In this document: positions 15,454 to 24,806 of the stretch, one piece after another
Layout of the letters: the number at the start of each line of letters is the position of its first letter
Position numbering within the stretch: position 1 is the first letter of the stretch
Assembly: GCA_964487805.1 (NCBI GenBank)
Contig: CAZAST010000002.1
Coordinates: 1-37,021, forward strand
Direction of reading: 5' to 3'
Length of the DNA: 37,021 nt
Origin: an uncultured Syntrophaceae bacterium
Lineage (GTDB): Bacteria; Desulfobacterota; Syntrophia; Syntrophales; UBA2210
The notes under the pieces: generated by a model
Seen by the model: the letters and a program-made list of their open reading frames with translations, nothing else
What the model was told of the DNA's origin: nothing
Databases searched by the model: none
Translations under genes and position numbers: made by a program

Positions 15454-16815
15454 ATGAAGCAGGTAAAAGTATTCCTAAACGAGGATGAGATTCCGCGGCA
15501 GTGGTACAATATTATCGCTGATATGCCGACCCCGATGAGCCCGCCCCTTCATCCGGGAACAGGCCAGCCGCTGAAACCCGAAGATATGGCGCCGATTTTT
15601 CCCATGAATCTGATCGAGCAGGAGATGAGCGCTGAACGGTGGATCGATATTCCGGAACCGGTGCTGGAGAAATACATGCTCTGGCGGCCAAGCCCTCTGT
15701 ACAGGGCTTATAATCTTGAAAAGCTGCTCAACGCCCCGGTAAAGATATACTACAAGCACGAGGGCGTGAGCCCGGCAGGTTCTCACAAGCCCAACACCGC
15801 CGTCGCTCAGGCATATTATAACAAGGTCTTCGGCATTAAAAAGCTTTCCACCGAGACCGGGGCCGGGCAGTGGGGGAGCGCGCTCAGCATGGCCTGCAAT
15901 ATGTTCGGCCTCGAGTGTAGAGTCTTCATGGTCCGGGTCAGCTATGACCAGAAACCCTACCGCCGGCTGATGATGCAGACATGGGGAGCCCAATGTTTCC
16001 CCAGTCCGAGTGAATTGACCGAGACGGGGCGCAGGGTCCTCGCCCAGAACCCCGATTCCCCCGGGAGTCTGGGTATTGCCATCAGCGAAGCGATCGAGGA
16101 GATAGTCGGTAAGGAAGATGCCCGCTATTCGCTGGGGAGCGTTTTGAACCATGTCATGCTCCACCAGACGATAATCGGCCTGGAGGCACAGAAACAGCTC
16201 GACAAGATCGGCGAGTATCCCGATGTGGTGATCGGCTGCGCAGGCGGCGGGAGCAATTTTGCCGGACTGGCCCTCCCTTTCACCCGTGACAAGATACACG
16301 GTAAAGAGATGGCGATCATTGCGGCGGAGCCGGCCTCCTGCCCGACCCTCACGAGAGCCCCTTATGGGTATGACTTCGGGGACCTGGCCATGACCACCCC
16401 TCTGCTTCCCATGTACTCTCTCGGCCATGATTACGTACCGGCCCCGATCCATGCCGGAGGGCTCAGATATCACGGGATGGCCCCCATTATCAGCCACCTG
16501 GTAAAAGAGGGCGTCATGGAGGCCAGGGCCTATCCTCAGCTTGAAACATTTGAAGCGGGGATACAATGGGCTCGGTCCGAAGCCTTCATCCCGGCTCCCG
16601 AGACATGTCATGCGATCGCGGCTGTAGTCCAGGAGGCGAAACGGGCGAAGGAGGAGGGGAAGGAAAAAGTCATTCTTTTTAACTGGAGCGGCCACGGTCT
16701 GGTCGATCTTGCGTCGTATGACGCCTATCTCTCCGGGAAGTTGGGCAATTACCAGTTCCCTGAAGAAGATATTGAACGGGCGAAGAAAACGCTTGAACAG
16801 TTTCCGAAACCCTAG
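15454..16815 (+). CDS. trpB2: TrpB2-type tryptophan synthase beta-like PLP enzyme (stand-alone)
   Basis: 453 aa. It has the long N-terminal extension typical of TrpB2 ([22 protein letters not shown]), then [23 protein letters not shown] and SYDQKPYRR. No trpA or other trp genes are in the window. Confidence 0.9.
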   Translation: MKQVKVFLNEDEIPRQWYNIIADMPTPMSPPLHPGTGQPLKPEDMAPIFPMNLIEQEMSAERWIDIPEPVLEKYMLWRPSPLYRAYNLEKLLNAPVKIYYKHEGVSPAGSHKPNTAVAQAYYNKVFGIKKLSTETGAGQWGSALSMACNMFGLECRVFMVRVSYDQKPYRRLMMQTWGAQCFPSPSELTETGRRVLAQNPDSPGSLGIAISEAIEEIVGKEDARYSLGSVLNHVMLHQTIIGLEAQKQLDKIGEYPDVVIGCAGGGSNFAGLALPFTRDKIHGKEMAIIAAEPASCPTLTRAPYGYDFGDLAMTTPLLPMYSLGHDYVPAPIHAGGLRYHGMAPIISHLVKEGVMEARAYPQLETFEAGIQWARSEAFIPAPETCHAIAAVVQEAKRAKEEGKEKVILFNWSGHGLVDLASYDAYLSGKLGNYQFPEEDIERAKKTLEQFPKP

Positions 16816-16831
16816 AAAGCGTGTATGGGTA

Positions 16832-17092
16832 ATGACTAGATTTGATCATATGGCGTTGCGATGTCCCCGGCTGGGTGGCGAGATCACCTTTGGCTACTGC
16901 AGGCGGGAACAGGGGGATCTTCCCTGCCGGATGATACTTCGTTGCTGGGAGGGGCTGATCCCCGTTGAGGAGCATTTGAGGAAATATCTTAGGTCTGAGG
17001 AGTGGGAGCGCTGTTTCAATACGCCACCTCAGGACAAGATGACGACTCTTCTGGAAATAGCCGATGCAGTGCGGAAGCGGGGAAACCTATAG
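16832..17092 (+). CDS. small Cys-rich hypothetical protein (86 aa)
   Basis: This is the in-frame ATG of track ORF 16709..17092 that does not overlap trpB2. The sequence is MTRFDHMALRCPRLGGEITFGYCRREQGDLPCRMILRCW..., with four Cys in 28 residues. The Shine-Dalgarno sequence is weak. Confidence 0.5.
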   Translation: MTRFDHMALRCPRLGGEITFGYCRREQGDLPCRMILRCWEGLIPVEEHLRKYLRSEEWERCFNTPPQDKMTTLLEIADAVRKRGNL

Positions 17093-17146
17093 AATTATCG
17101 CACAATATGATAATTTCCTTACGGCCGGGATGGCTGTATATGGAGA

Positions 17147-18514
17147 ATGGCAGGTTATTGCATGGACATGTTCGATGAAGGAAGGCCGGAAACGTCAGTG
17201 ATGGCCCGTCCTCTTGCGGACAGGATGCGGCCCGAAACCCTGGATGATTTCGTGGGGCAGGATCATGTCATTGGCCCCGACACCCTCCTCCGCCGGGCCA
17301 TTGCCGATGACAATCTGTTCTCTGTGATCTTTTGGGGTCCCCCCGGGTCAGGCAAGACGACCCTGGCGCGGATCATCGCTCATGAGACTCAATCCCATTT
17401 TGAAACGATCTCCGCTGTTCTCTCTGGTGTCAAGGAAATCAAGGCAATCATAGAAGAAGCGAAGGCGCAACTCAGGCATCAGAGGAACAGAACCATACTC
17501 TTCGTCGACGAGATCCATCGTTTCAACAAGGCGCAGCAGGACGCTTTCCTTCCTCATGTCGAAAGCGGTCTGATTACGCTGATTGGCGCAACGACCGAAA
17601 ATCCATCGTTCGAAGTTATTTCACCCCTTCTCTCACGCACACGCGTCCTGGTCCTCGCGCCCTATTCTCCTGAAGATCTCACCATGATTCTCAGGCGCGC
17701 GCTTGCGGACAGGCAGCGAGGTCTCGGCACCCTCTCGCTTTCGGCGGATGATGAAGCCCTTGCTCATATGGTGTGGACAGCGGATGGAGACGCCCGGACG
17801 GCGCTCAACAATCTGGAGGCGGCAGCATCGCTTGTCCAGCCGGGGGGGGAAATTACCCTTCACACCGTGGAAGAAGCGCTGCAGAGGAAAGCCCTGCAAT
17901 ACGATAAGAAAGGCGAGGAGCACTACAACCTGATATCGGCCCTCCACAAAAGCCTCAGGGGGAGTGATCCGGATGCCGCCCTGTACTGGCTGGGACGGAT
18001 GCTCGAGGCGGGGGAAGATCCCCTCTTCATCCTCCGCCGGATGATCCGGTTTGCATCCGAGGATGTGGGAAACGCGGACCCCGCGGCACTGGAAGTTTCA
18101 GTAGCCGCCCTGCACGCATTTCAGTGTATCGGACTTCCGGAAGGAGAGCTGGCCCTTGCCCAGGCCGCCGTTTATCTGGCCACCGCGCCGAAAAGCAACG
18201 CCCTCTATACGGGATTCGGCAGGGTAAAAGAAGATATACGGAAAACAGGCACGCTCCCCGTTCCTCTCCACATACGCAATGCCCCGACGCGGCTGATGAA
18301 GGACCTGGGATACGGCAAGGGGTATCGGTACGCCCATAACTTTCCGGGTGCCCATGTTCCTCAGGAATACCTGCCGGAAAAGCTGCGGAGGCAAACCTAC
18401 TATTCCCCGACTGATAGGGGGTATGAACAGGTTATCAAGAAACGACTGGAAAAGTGGTATCGAATGAGGCGGGAGGGTCGTACCGGAGAAAAGGGGGAAG
18501 AGGAAAGCCAGTGA
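17147..18514 (+). CDS. rarA: replication-associated recombination protein A (AAA+ ATPase)
   Basis: Contains RPLADRMRPETLDDFVGQDH, Walker A GPPGSGKTT and Walker B LFVDEIHRFNK, plus the MgsA C-terminal domain (HYNLISALHKSLRGSDPDAALYWL). The start could also be the ATG at 17162 or 17168. Confidence 0.9.
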   Translation: MAGYCMDMFDEGRPETSVMARPLADRMRPETLDDFVGQDHVIGPDTLLRRAIADDNLFSVIFWGPPGSGKTTLARIIAHETQSHFETISAVLSGVKEIKAIIEEAKAQLRHQRNRTILFVDEIHRFNKAQQDAFLPHVESGLITLIGATTENPSFEVISPLLSRTRVLVLAPYSPEDLTMILRRALADRQRGLGTLSLSADDEALAHMVWTADGDARTALNNLEAAASLVQPGGEITLHTVEEALQRKALQYDKKGEEHYNLISALHKSLRGSDPDAALYWLGRMLEAGEDPLFILRRMIRFASEDVGNADPAALEVSVAALHAFQCIGLPEGELALAQAAVYLATAPKSNALYTGFGRVKEDIRKTGTLPVPLHIRNAPTRLMKDLGYGKGYRYAHNFPGAHVPQEYLPEKLRRQTYYSPTDRGYEQVIKKRLEKWYRMRREGRTGEKGEEESQ

Positions 18515-18536
18515 CGCGCTTCCCGAAGCGCATCAC
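18511..18536. terminator. hairpin between convergent genes (possible bidirectional terminator)
   Basis: GTGA-C-GCGCTT cccg AAGCGC-A-TCAC spans the 18 nt between the rarA stop and the stop of the minus-strand ORF. The flanking U-tracts are weak. Confidence 0.35.
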
Positions 18537-18943
18537 TTCTTGAGTCTGTAAAATCGGCTGTTGGATCGTTTTAAGAGTCTCGGTATAAATCCCTTGCTTA
18601 ACTGGGTGTCATCTTCAATGGTAATCTTGCTCGGATATCCCTTGTCCCGCTCGGCTTCTCCGCGGAGTATGCCGTCCTCGTCTATGAGGATCTTTTGTCT
18701 CTTTGGCGTATCATTGGCGGGAACAACGGTGTCGACAGCTTTCCTGATGTTCAGAAGGGCGTTTTCGATAATGGTCGAATAGGTTGCTCCCGCCCCCTTT
18801 TTTTCTTCAGACAGTATGTCCTGAGACTCCTGTGAGAGCATAACCGTGAAGGATTTTTTTCCTTCCGCCCGGTTTCGTTCCCGCCACCGTCTCAACCGCT
18901 CCTTGCCGGTACCCAATCGCCGTCCCCCTGTTGCTTGTAACAA
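18533..18943 (-). CDS. hypothetical protein, possible ribbon-helix-helix-like N-terminus
   Basis: An Arg-rich N-terminus is followed by KKSFTVMLSQESQDILSEEKK...YSTIIENALLNI, a beta-strand/helix/helix-like pattern. The track start at 18943 is a TTG. The TTG at 18916 has GGGGGA 6 nt upstream, so the start is uncertain. Confidence 0.4.
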   Translation of the reverse strand: MLQATGGRRLGTGKERLRRWRERNRAEGKKSFTVMLSQESQDILSEEKKGAGATYSTIIENALLNIRKAVDTVVPANDTPKRQKILIDEDGILRGEAERDKGYPSKITIEDDTQLSKGFIPRLLKRSNSRFYRLKK

Positions 18944-19067
18944 CTTTGTGCGCCGTCTGTACCATCAAAAATGTCTGATGTCAATACAGTTTCAGGCATA
19001 TGTACAGGCGGTCCACAAATCACACTGGGAAAACAAAGGATCCTTATGCAACTGCTCCGGGCACTCT

Positions 19068-19499
19068 TTAGAGGTGGGTAATCTTTTCACCGGGCAGCAC
19101 GTTGAATCCAGCCGCGATCAGCGCCTGTATGCCCGCATCAATGTCATCAAACCGGAATATGATGATAGCGTTTTCACCGCTTCGCTCCACAAAGGCGTAC
19201 GCGTATTCGACATTGATATTTTTCCCCGCCAGGGCCTTCGAGATACTGTGCATGCCTCCCGGCCGATCGGGTACCTCAACGGCCACCACATGGGTTCGAC
19301 GGACCGTAAAACCTTCTTTTTGAAGGGCCTTTTCCGCCGTGTCACTATCATTGAGAATAAGCCGCAGGATGCCGAAATCGGAGGTATCGGCAAGAGACAG
19401 GGCCCTGATATTGATATCTGCATCAGCCAGTACCCTTGTTACATGTTCGAGCCTGCCGGGCTTGTTCTCCACAAAAACTGAAATTTGATCTACCTTCAT
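19068..19499 (-). CDS. ACT-domain protein (tandem ACT)
   Basis: The track ORF extends to 19694 and overlaps paaK. The ATG at 19499 (MKVDQISVFVENKPGRLEHVTRVLADADINIRAL...) is preceded by GAGGGGG and gives 143 aa. This is the usual size of the ACT protein that follows phenylacetate-CoA ligase genes. Confidence 0.8.
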   Translation of the reverse strand: MKVDQISVFVENKPGRLEHVTRVLADADINIRALSLADTSDFGILRLILNDSDTAEKALQKEGFTVRRTHVVAVEVPDRPGGMHSISKALAGKNINVEYAYAFVERSGENAIIIFRFDDIDAGIQALIAAGFNVLPGEKITHL

Positions 19500-19521
19500 A
19501 TCTGGTGCCCCCTCTTTTTTG

Positions 19522-20823
19522 TTAGAGTTTTCTCCTGTCGATGACTCGCTGGGCCTTCCCCTCGACCCGCTCCAGTGTCTGGGAACCGACCAGTTTGACC
19601 TTCGCACTGACACCGAGATAATCCTTGATATCCTTCGTGATACGGCTTTCGATATTCTGCAGAGTCTTGATCTTGTCGGAGAACAGATCTTCACTCATCT
19701 CTACCTGTATCTCAAGGGTGTCCAGCGTGCCCTCCCGATCAACAATCAGCTGATAATGAGGTTCAAGTCCCTCGATGGATAGGAGAACGCTCTCTATCTG
19801 TGACGGAAAAACGTTCACTCCCCGTATGATAAGCATGTCATCGCTGCGTCCGGATATGCGCGCCATGCGGATATGCGTCCGCCCGCACTTGCACGGCTCT
19901 TCGAGCAGACGGGACAGATCCCGCGTCCGGTACCTGATGAGAGGGACCGCTTCTTTGGTCAGGGTGGTGAAAACCAGTTCTCCTTCTTCGCCGTGCGGGA
20001 CCGGTTCACCCGTCTCGGGATTGATGATTTCCACGATGAAATGATCTTCAAAGACATGCAGGCCGTTTCGTCCCTCCGCGCATTCAATTGCTACGCCGGG
20101 GCCTATGATCTCGGACAACCCGTATATATCAAGGGCTTTGATTCCCAGGCGGTCCTCTATCTCCTGCCGCATCCGCTCGCTCCACGGTTCAGCCCCAAAT
20201 ACTCCCACCCGCAAACGGAGGGATCGCATATCAATCCCCATCTCTTTTCCCTGTTCGGCAAGATACAGGGCATAGGAAGGAGTACAGCAGATAGCCGTCG
20301 GCCCGAAATCCTGGAGGATCATGATCTGTTTTTTCGTACCTCCGCCGGACATGGGAATCACGCTCGCGCCCAGTCTCTCGGCGCCGTAGTGAGCCCCGAG
20401 ACCCCCCGTGAATAAGCCGTATCCGTAAGCGTTGTGTATTACGTCATTGCTGGTCAGACCCGCCGCCACAAAGGAACGGGCCATCAGGTTGGACCAGGTA
20501 TCAATGTCTCGACGGGTATATCCAACAACGGTCGGTTTTCCGGTTGTTCCCGATGAGGCATGGAGCCGCACAATATTGCTCATGGGGACTGTGAAGAGAC
20601 CGAAAGGATAGTTGTCCCTGAGGTCCTGTTTGATCGTAAAGGGCAGTTTTCTGATATCGTCAAGGGTATTGATATCGTCAGGCGTAACGCCTGCTTCGTC
20701 GAAGGCCCGCTTATAATGTCCCACCGTGTGGTACACCCGCTTTACTACCTGCTGGAGTCGTTTCAGCTGTAAGGCCTCCAGCGCTTCCCGAGGCAGTGTT
20801 TCGAACTCTTCATTGAAAATCAT
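19522..20823 (-). CDS. paaK: phenylacetate-CoA ligase family adenylate-forming enzyme
   Basis: 433 aa with N-terminus [27 protein letters not shown]-binding motif SSGTTGKPT, and the overall PaaK/F390-synthetase pattern. Confidence 0.9.
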   Translation of the reverse strand: MIFNEEFETLPREALEALQLKRLQQVVKRVYHTVGHYKRAFDEAGVTPDDINTLDDIRKLPFTIKQDLRDNYPFGLFTVPMSNIVRLHASSGTTGKPTVVGYTRRDIDTWSNLMARSFVAAGLTSNDVIHNAYGYGLFTGGLGAHYGAERLGASVIPMSGGGTKKQIMILQDFGPTAICCTPSYALYLAEQGKEMGIDMRSLRLRVGVFGAEPWSERMRQEIEDRLGIKALDIYGLSEIIGPGVAIECAEGRNGLHVFEDHFIVEIINPETGEPVPHGEEGELVFTTLTKEAVPLIRYRTRDLSRLLEEPCKCGRTHIRMARISGRSDDMLIIRGVNVFPSQIESVLLSIEGLEPHYQLIVDREGTLDTLEIQVEMSEDLFSDKIKTLQNIESRITKDIKDYLGVSAKVKLVGSQTLERVEGKAQRVIDRRKL

Positions 20824-20978
20824 CAGGCACCCTCCTCATGGTATGTAGAGTGAACTTATTCAGTCCCTTTGTTCCTTCGGTTTTTTATACTGTATTTCGT
20901 TCATTCTGTCATCAGAAATACCTGCCAGCGCCTGAATACCCCGGTAAAGCAATGGTTTGTGTAAGCATGCTGACCCTT

Positions 20979-21650
20979 TCAGAGGCGGGTATATCTTGTC
21001 CAGCTTCTGTTGTCCCACGGGATATCAATCGGCGGTACCTTCGCAACGAAGGGCGTCAGGCCGCACTTCAGGGCAAAATACCGATGGAATGCGAGAGAAG
21101 GGGTGAGCTCGGGATGAAAAACCGTTACGAGGACGCCGGGGCTTTCCGCGGCCGCGATATACCCATCCAACTGAAGAAGAACCTCGACGTCACTGCCTGC
21201 CCGCGTGATCTTGGGGGCGCGAATGAAGGTAAGGGGGATCGGCTCAGGAGCCACCCGTGGAACTGATGCCTCTGATACGAAGCTATCCAGTTGACTGCCG
21301 AAGGCGTTTCGTTGGATTTCAATATCAATAAGAGGAAGGAAGGGCGGCTCTCCAACAATTGTATCGGCGATAAGAATCGCTCCCGCGCATGTCCCCCACA
21401 ATTTCAAACCGCGCTGGAACTCATCCAATATGCGGTCTTTGATGCCGAAGATATCTAAAAGTCGCGCAAGGCAGGTACTTTCCCCTCCGGGGATGATAAG
21501 ACCGGCAAGGTCTTCAAAATCCTGTGGTGTCTTTACCGGACGCGCGTTGACACCGAGACGCTCCAGATGATCAAGGTGTTCGGCAACATCCCCCTGGAGA
21601 TCAAGCACACCGACAGGATTCCCCGCCCCCTGCGCCACAGAAGCTACCAT
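20979..21650 (-). CDS. pdxT: pyridoxal 5'-phosphate synthase, glutaminase subunit
   Basis: Contains VGVLDLQG...IIPGGESTC...WGTCAG...QRNAFGSQ...FHPELT. The ATG overlaps the pdxS stop (ATGGTAG). It is somewhat longer at both termini than the roughly 195 aa PdxT I know. Confidence 0.85.
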   Translation of the reverse strand: MVASVAQGAGNPVGVLDLQGDVAEHLDHLERLGVNARPVKTPQDFEDLAGLIIPGGESTCLARLLDIFGIKDRILDEFQRGLKLWGTCAGAILIADTIVGEPPFLPLIDIEIQRNAFGSQLDSFVSEASVPRVAPEPIPLTFIRAPKITRAGSDVEVLLQLDGYIAAAESPGVLVTVFHPELTPSLAFHRYFALKCGLTPFVAKVPPIDIPWDNRSWTRYTRL

Positions 21651-22525
21651 CCACGCGTTGCCAGTATCTGTGTTTCCGGGATCTCGGAAATCTCAATCCC
21701 CGGCATGGCATTTCCCAATCCCATGGAGGCCTCCAGCACCTTTCCCTGGTCGTTGAAATACGCCGTTGCCTTGACGATAGCCCGGGCGCGCTTCGCCGGA
21801 TCTTCCGATTTGAAAATCCCAGATCCGACAAATATCCCGTCGCAACCAAGCTGCATCATCAGCGCGGCATCGGCGGGGGTCGCAATACCCCCCGCAGCGA
21901 AATTGACGACGGGCAGTCTTCCCAGTTCTCGCACCTGAAGGGCAAGTTCATAGGGAAAACCGTTGGCCTTGGCGAAACCGGTTACCTCCTCCACCGGCAT
22001 ATTCACAAGCTGCCTGATTTCACGATTGACCGTCCTGATATGGCGGACCGCCTCAACCACGTTCCCCGTCCCCGCCTCACCCTTCGTGCGGATCATGGCG
22101 GCTCCCTCGGCGATGCGCCGCAGGGCTTCCCCCAGATTACGGGCCCCGCATACGAAAGGAATCGCGAACCGGGTCTTGTCGATGTGGCATTCCTCGTCTG
22201 CCGGTGTCAGGACCTCGCTCTCATCGATATAATCGATCTTCAAGGCTTCCAGAATCTGGGCCTCCACGAAATGGCCGATCCGCGCCTTGGCCATGACCGG
22301 GATCGATACGGCCTCTTTTATCTGTGCTATGAGAGCAGGATCAGACATACGTGCTACACCGCCTTCTTTGCGGATATCAGCGGGGACGCGTTCAAGGGCC
22401 ATGACCGCTACAGCTCCGGCATCCTCGGCGATTTTTGCGTGTTCCACGCTGACAACGTCCATGATAACGCCCCCCTTCAACATCTGGGCCAACTGGACAT
22501 TCAGTTCATATCTTTTCTCATCCAC
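21644..22525 (-). CDS. pdxS: pyridoxal 5'-phosphate synthase, lyase subunit
   Basis: Similar over nearly its full length to PdxS as remembered from B. subtilis (GGVIMDV...[13 protein letters not shown]...VMAKARIGH...[10 protein letters not shown]...[20 protein letters not shown]...GSGIFKS). GTG start at 22525, with AGGAGG 10 nt upstream. Confidence 0.95.
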   Translation of the reverse strand: MDEKRYELNVQLAQMLKGGVIMDVVSVEHAKIAEDAGAVAVMALERVPADIRKEGGVARMSDPALIAQIKEAVSIPVMAKARIGHFVEAQILEALKIDYIDESEVLTPADEECHIDKTRFAIPFVCGARNLGEALRRIAEGAAMIRTKGEAGTGNVVEAVRHIRTVNREIRQLVNMPVEEVTGFAKANGFPYELALQVRELGRLPVVNFAAGGIATPADAALMMQLGCDGIFVGSGIFKSEDPAKRARAIVKATAYFNDQGKVLEASMGLGNAMPGIEISEIPETQILATRGW

Positions 22526-22722
22526 TTTTCCTGTACCTCCTGTGATACGCCACGCCCGCGTCTGCGAACCCCGGAGCGCGCGAAGCTGTCATAATGTTAT
22601 GTTAGTGAAAACAAAACCGCCCGTCAAGAATAATGTTTTTCCCTCACAAAAGGGGGGAAGGAAGCTCTTTGCAGTGGGGGGCTCGCATGCTCCATGGCAT
22701 GGTGCTTGGGGAGAGTCTCTCC

Positions 22723-24537
22723 TTATGTAAGCCCCAGTCGCGAAAGCGTACCGTTCAGAGGCGTGCCATTCCTGTCCCATCCCCGCAGCCGGTAGTAGCT
22801 GTCCAGCATCCTGTCCAATTCCGCCTGCGGCACGTATCTCCCCTTCCGTGGGCCGTCCGGAATGGGCTCATGCATGACACGGTAAGGGAGCGTGGCAGTC
22901 GAGCGGTTCGCTCCCCTCTTTACATTGATAATGCGCTCCAGGGTATATATCCGTTCGCCGATAGTCTTGAGTTCGGCCAGATCGATGTTCCAACCGGTGA
23001 CACAGCGCAACGGCGGGATGTATGCATCATTCAACCGGACCCCGAACGCCCGCTCCTGTATGAACCGGCAGATAACGAGGGAATCTCCTATGGCGGTGTT
23101 GTGCTCACTGTCGATACAGTACTGCGCCCGTTCTTCAACACTGCTCTCCATATCGGAATCATTATAGTTGGCGCGCGCGTCATGATGGCTCCCGCCACGC
23201 GTCGAGGTCGCGTAGGCAAGCCCCATGCTCGGCAATCCCCGGGCTGAATGCCCCGCCATCTCAAGGCCCTGTTGAGAATAGAGGTATTTGTACGAATCAC
23301 CACCCAAACGCCTCGAAAGCCGTTCGGACCCAAGGGCGAGCAGTTGGCCGATTCCTTCCTCTCTGAACGCTGTCTTTTTAGCTATCTCCGACAGATTTCC
23401 CCATGAACCGAAGGATATTATCATCTTAAGTTCATTCTCACCCACGATTCCTCTCTCAGCGCACTCCGTGAGAAAGGCGAGGGTGACGCCGAAGCTGATA
23501 GTATCAAGACCCATCTCATCGCACGTGGCATTGCCGTTGAAGATCGAAACGATGTCACTGTTATACAGCATTGAACCCATGGCATACAGAGTCTCATATT
23601 CCGGCATCTTGACGTCTCGATCAGAAAAGGCACCCTCCGGCACCGATACCAATTTGCCGCACCCGACAGGACATCCGCGGCAGGCGACGCTTTTTCTTTG
23701 GTAATGATCACGTATATACTCTCCGCTGATGGCCTCAGCTTGTTCAAAGGTCTCCTGCATGTTGTTACGTGTGCAAAGTACGCCCTTCTCATTAATCATT
23801 TTTACAAGAAAAGGGGTCCCCATTGAACGCAATGCCGCCGCTTTGTCCTTCACCTCGGACAAGATTGTTTTCAGATGCGGTTTCAAGGCATCCGGATCTG
23901 CAATCCCCGTCTTATCCGCGCCCGCCACCGCAATTCCCTTACAGTGTTTTGCTCCCAGAACAGCACCGATCCCTCCCCGCGCGGCGACGCTCAAACGAGA
24001 TCCGCTGCACATAACGGCCGCAAACAGGACACCATTTTCCCCGGCAGGACCGATAACCGCGCTTTCTATATCCGCTCCTTCCCGTGCGACCAGCATCTCA
24101 TGCGTTTCTCCTGTTGTTTTGCCCCACAGGGCCTTCGCCTCCCTGATCCGGACATCTCCATCGCGTATCGAGATATAGACGGGTGTCTCGGCCCTGCCCG
24201 CGATAATAACAGCGTCAAAACCGGCTTTCTTCAGCATCGAGGCAAAGTCTCCCCCGAAATTTGAATCACAAAACATCCCGGTCTGAGGTGATACCGAAGC
24301 GAGATGACCACGCCCTGAGCCCCATACCGGTGATCCGGTTAAGGGACCCGTCGCGAAGACCACGATATTCTGTTCGGACAGGGGATCCGCGGTGCAGGGA
24401 ACGAGGTCATGAATAAACTTGGCGGCAAACCCGTTTCCTCCCAAAAACCGGCGGGCCAGCATGGGGTCAAGGGGTTCCCGCTCGATGGAGCCTTGGGTCA
24501 GATCTATTTTCAGAATATTCCCTGTATAGCCATCCAT
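22723..24537 (-). CDS. aor: tungsten-type aldehyde:ferredoxin oxidoreductase (AOR family)
   Basis: The ATG at 24537 gives MDGYTGNILKIDLTQGSIE, the standard AOR N-terminus, and 604 aa. The 28 extra residues in the track ORF are unlikely to be real. The 4Fe-4S ligand motif CRGCPVGC is present. Confidence 0.9.
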   Translation of the reverse strand: MDGYTGNILKIDLTQGSIEREPLDPMLARRFLGGNGFAAKFIHDLVPCTADPLSEQNIVVFATGPLTGSPVWGSGRGHLASVSPQTGMFCDSNFGGDFASMLKKAGFDAVIIAGRAETPVYISIRDGDVRIREAKALWGKTTGETHEMLVAREGADIESAVIGPAGENGVLFAAVMCSGSRLSVAARGGIGAVLGAKHCKGIAVAGADKTGIADPDALKPHLKTILSEVKDKAAALRSMGTPFLVKMINEKGVLCTRNNMQETFEQAEAISGEYIRDHYQRKSVACRGCPVGCGKLVSVPEGAFSDRDVKMPEYETLYAMGSMLYNSDIVSIFNGNATCDEMGLDTISFGVTLAFLTECAERGIVGENELKMIISFGSWGNLSEIAKKTAFREEGIGQLLALGSERLSRRLGGDSYKYLYSQQGLEMAGHSARGLPSMGLAYATSTRGGSHHDARANYNDSDMESSVEERAQYCIDSEHNTAIGDSLVICRFIQERAFGVRLNDAYIPPLRCVTGWNIDLAELKTIGERIYTLERIINVKRGANRSTATLPYRVMHEPIPDGPRKGRYVPQAELDRMLDSYYRLRGWDRNGTPLNGTLSRLGLT

Positions 24538-24806
24538 ACTCGTTTTGCCTGCTACTCCTCGTCTGCGGTCCTCGATATCACTTTGACTGAGCCACCCGCA
24601 TGTGTCCGGTTTGTAAATCAATGGGTGGACCTCATTGTATTATAAAACAGGAGCCGTGTGCCCCGCAGGGACGCGAACCCCTTCTGAATACTCTGTCGAA
24701 GGGTGTCCAGTCGGCAGGTGAACTCCATGCACCCAAGAAGAGATTACTGTAAAGCGCGGAAAAGCATGTCCTGATCTGGGCAGGGGACATTTCTGCTGCT
24801 CTGATC

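Noticed and set aside
15392-15457. 21-codon uORF ([21 protein letters not shown]) whose TGA overlaps the trpB2 ATG (ATGA)
   Set aside because: Its ATG is buried in the left arm of the 12 bp terminator stem and has no Shine-Dalgarno sequence. The frame runs through the U-tract. It is most likely fortuitous.
15475-16695. 406-aa minus-strand ORF
   Set aside because: It is antisense to trpB2. The composition is Arg/Gly/Pro-rich and no motifs are present.
24538-24806. Moco/Wco riboswitch upstream of the tungsten-type AOR, and likewise upstream of moeA at 36196-36256
   Set aside because: I could not recognise the conserved Moco-motif core in the AOR leader by eye. The moeA leader is only about 55 nt and holds a single GCTCCGG/CCGGAGC hairpin (36214-36242), which is too short for that class. 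An Infernal/Rfam scan would settle it.
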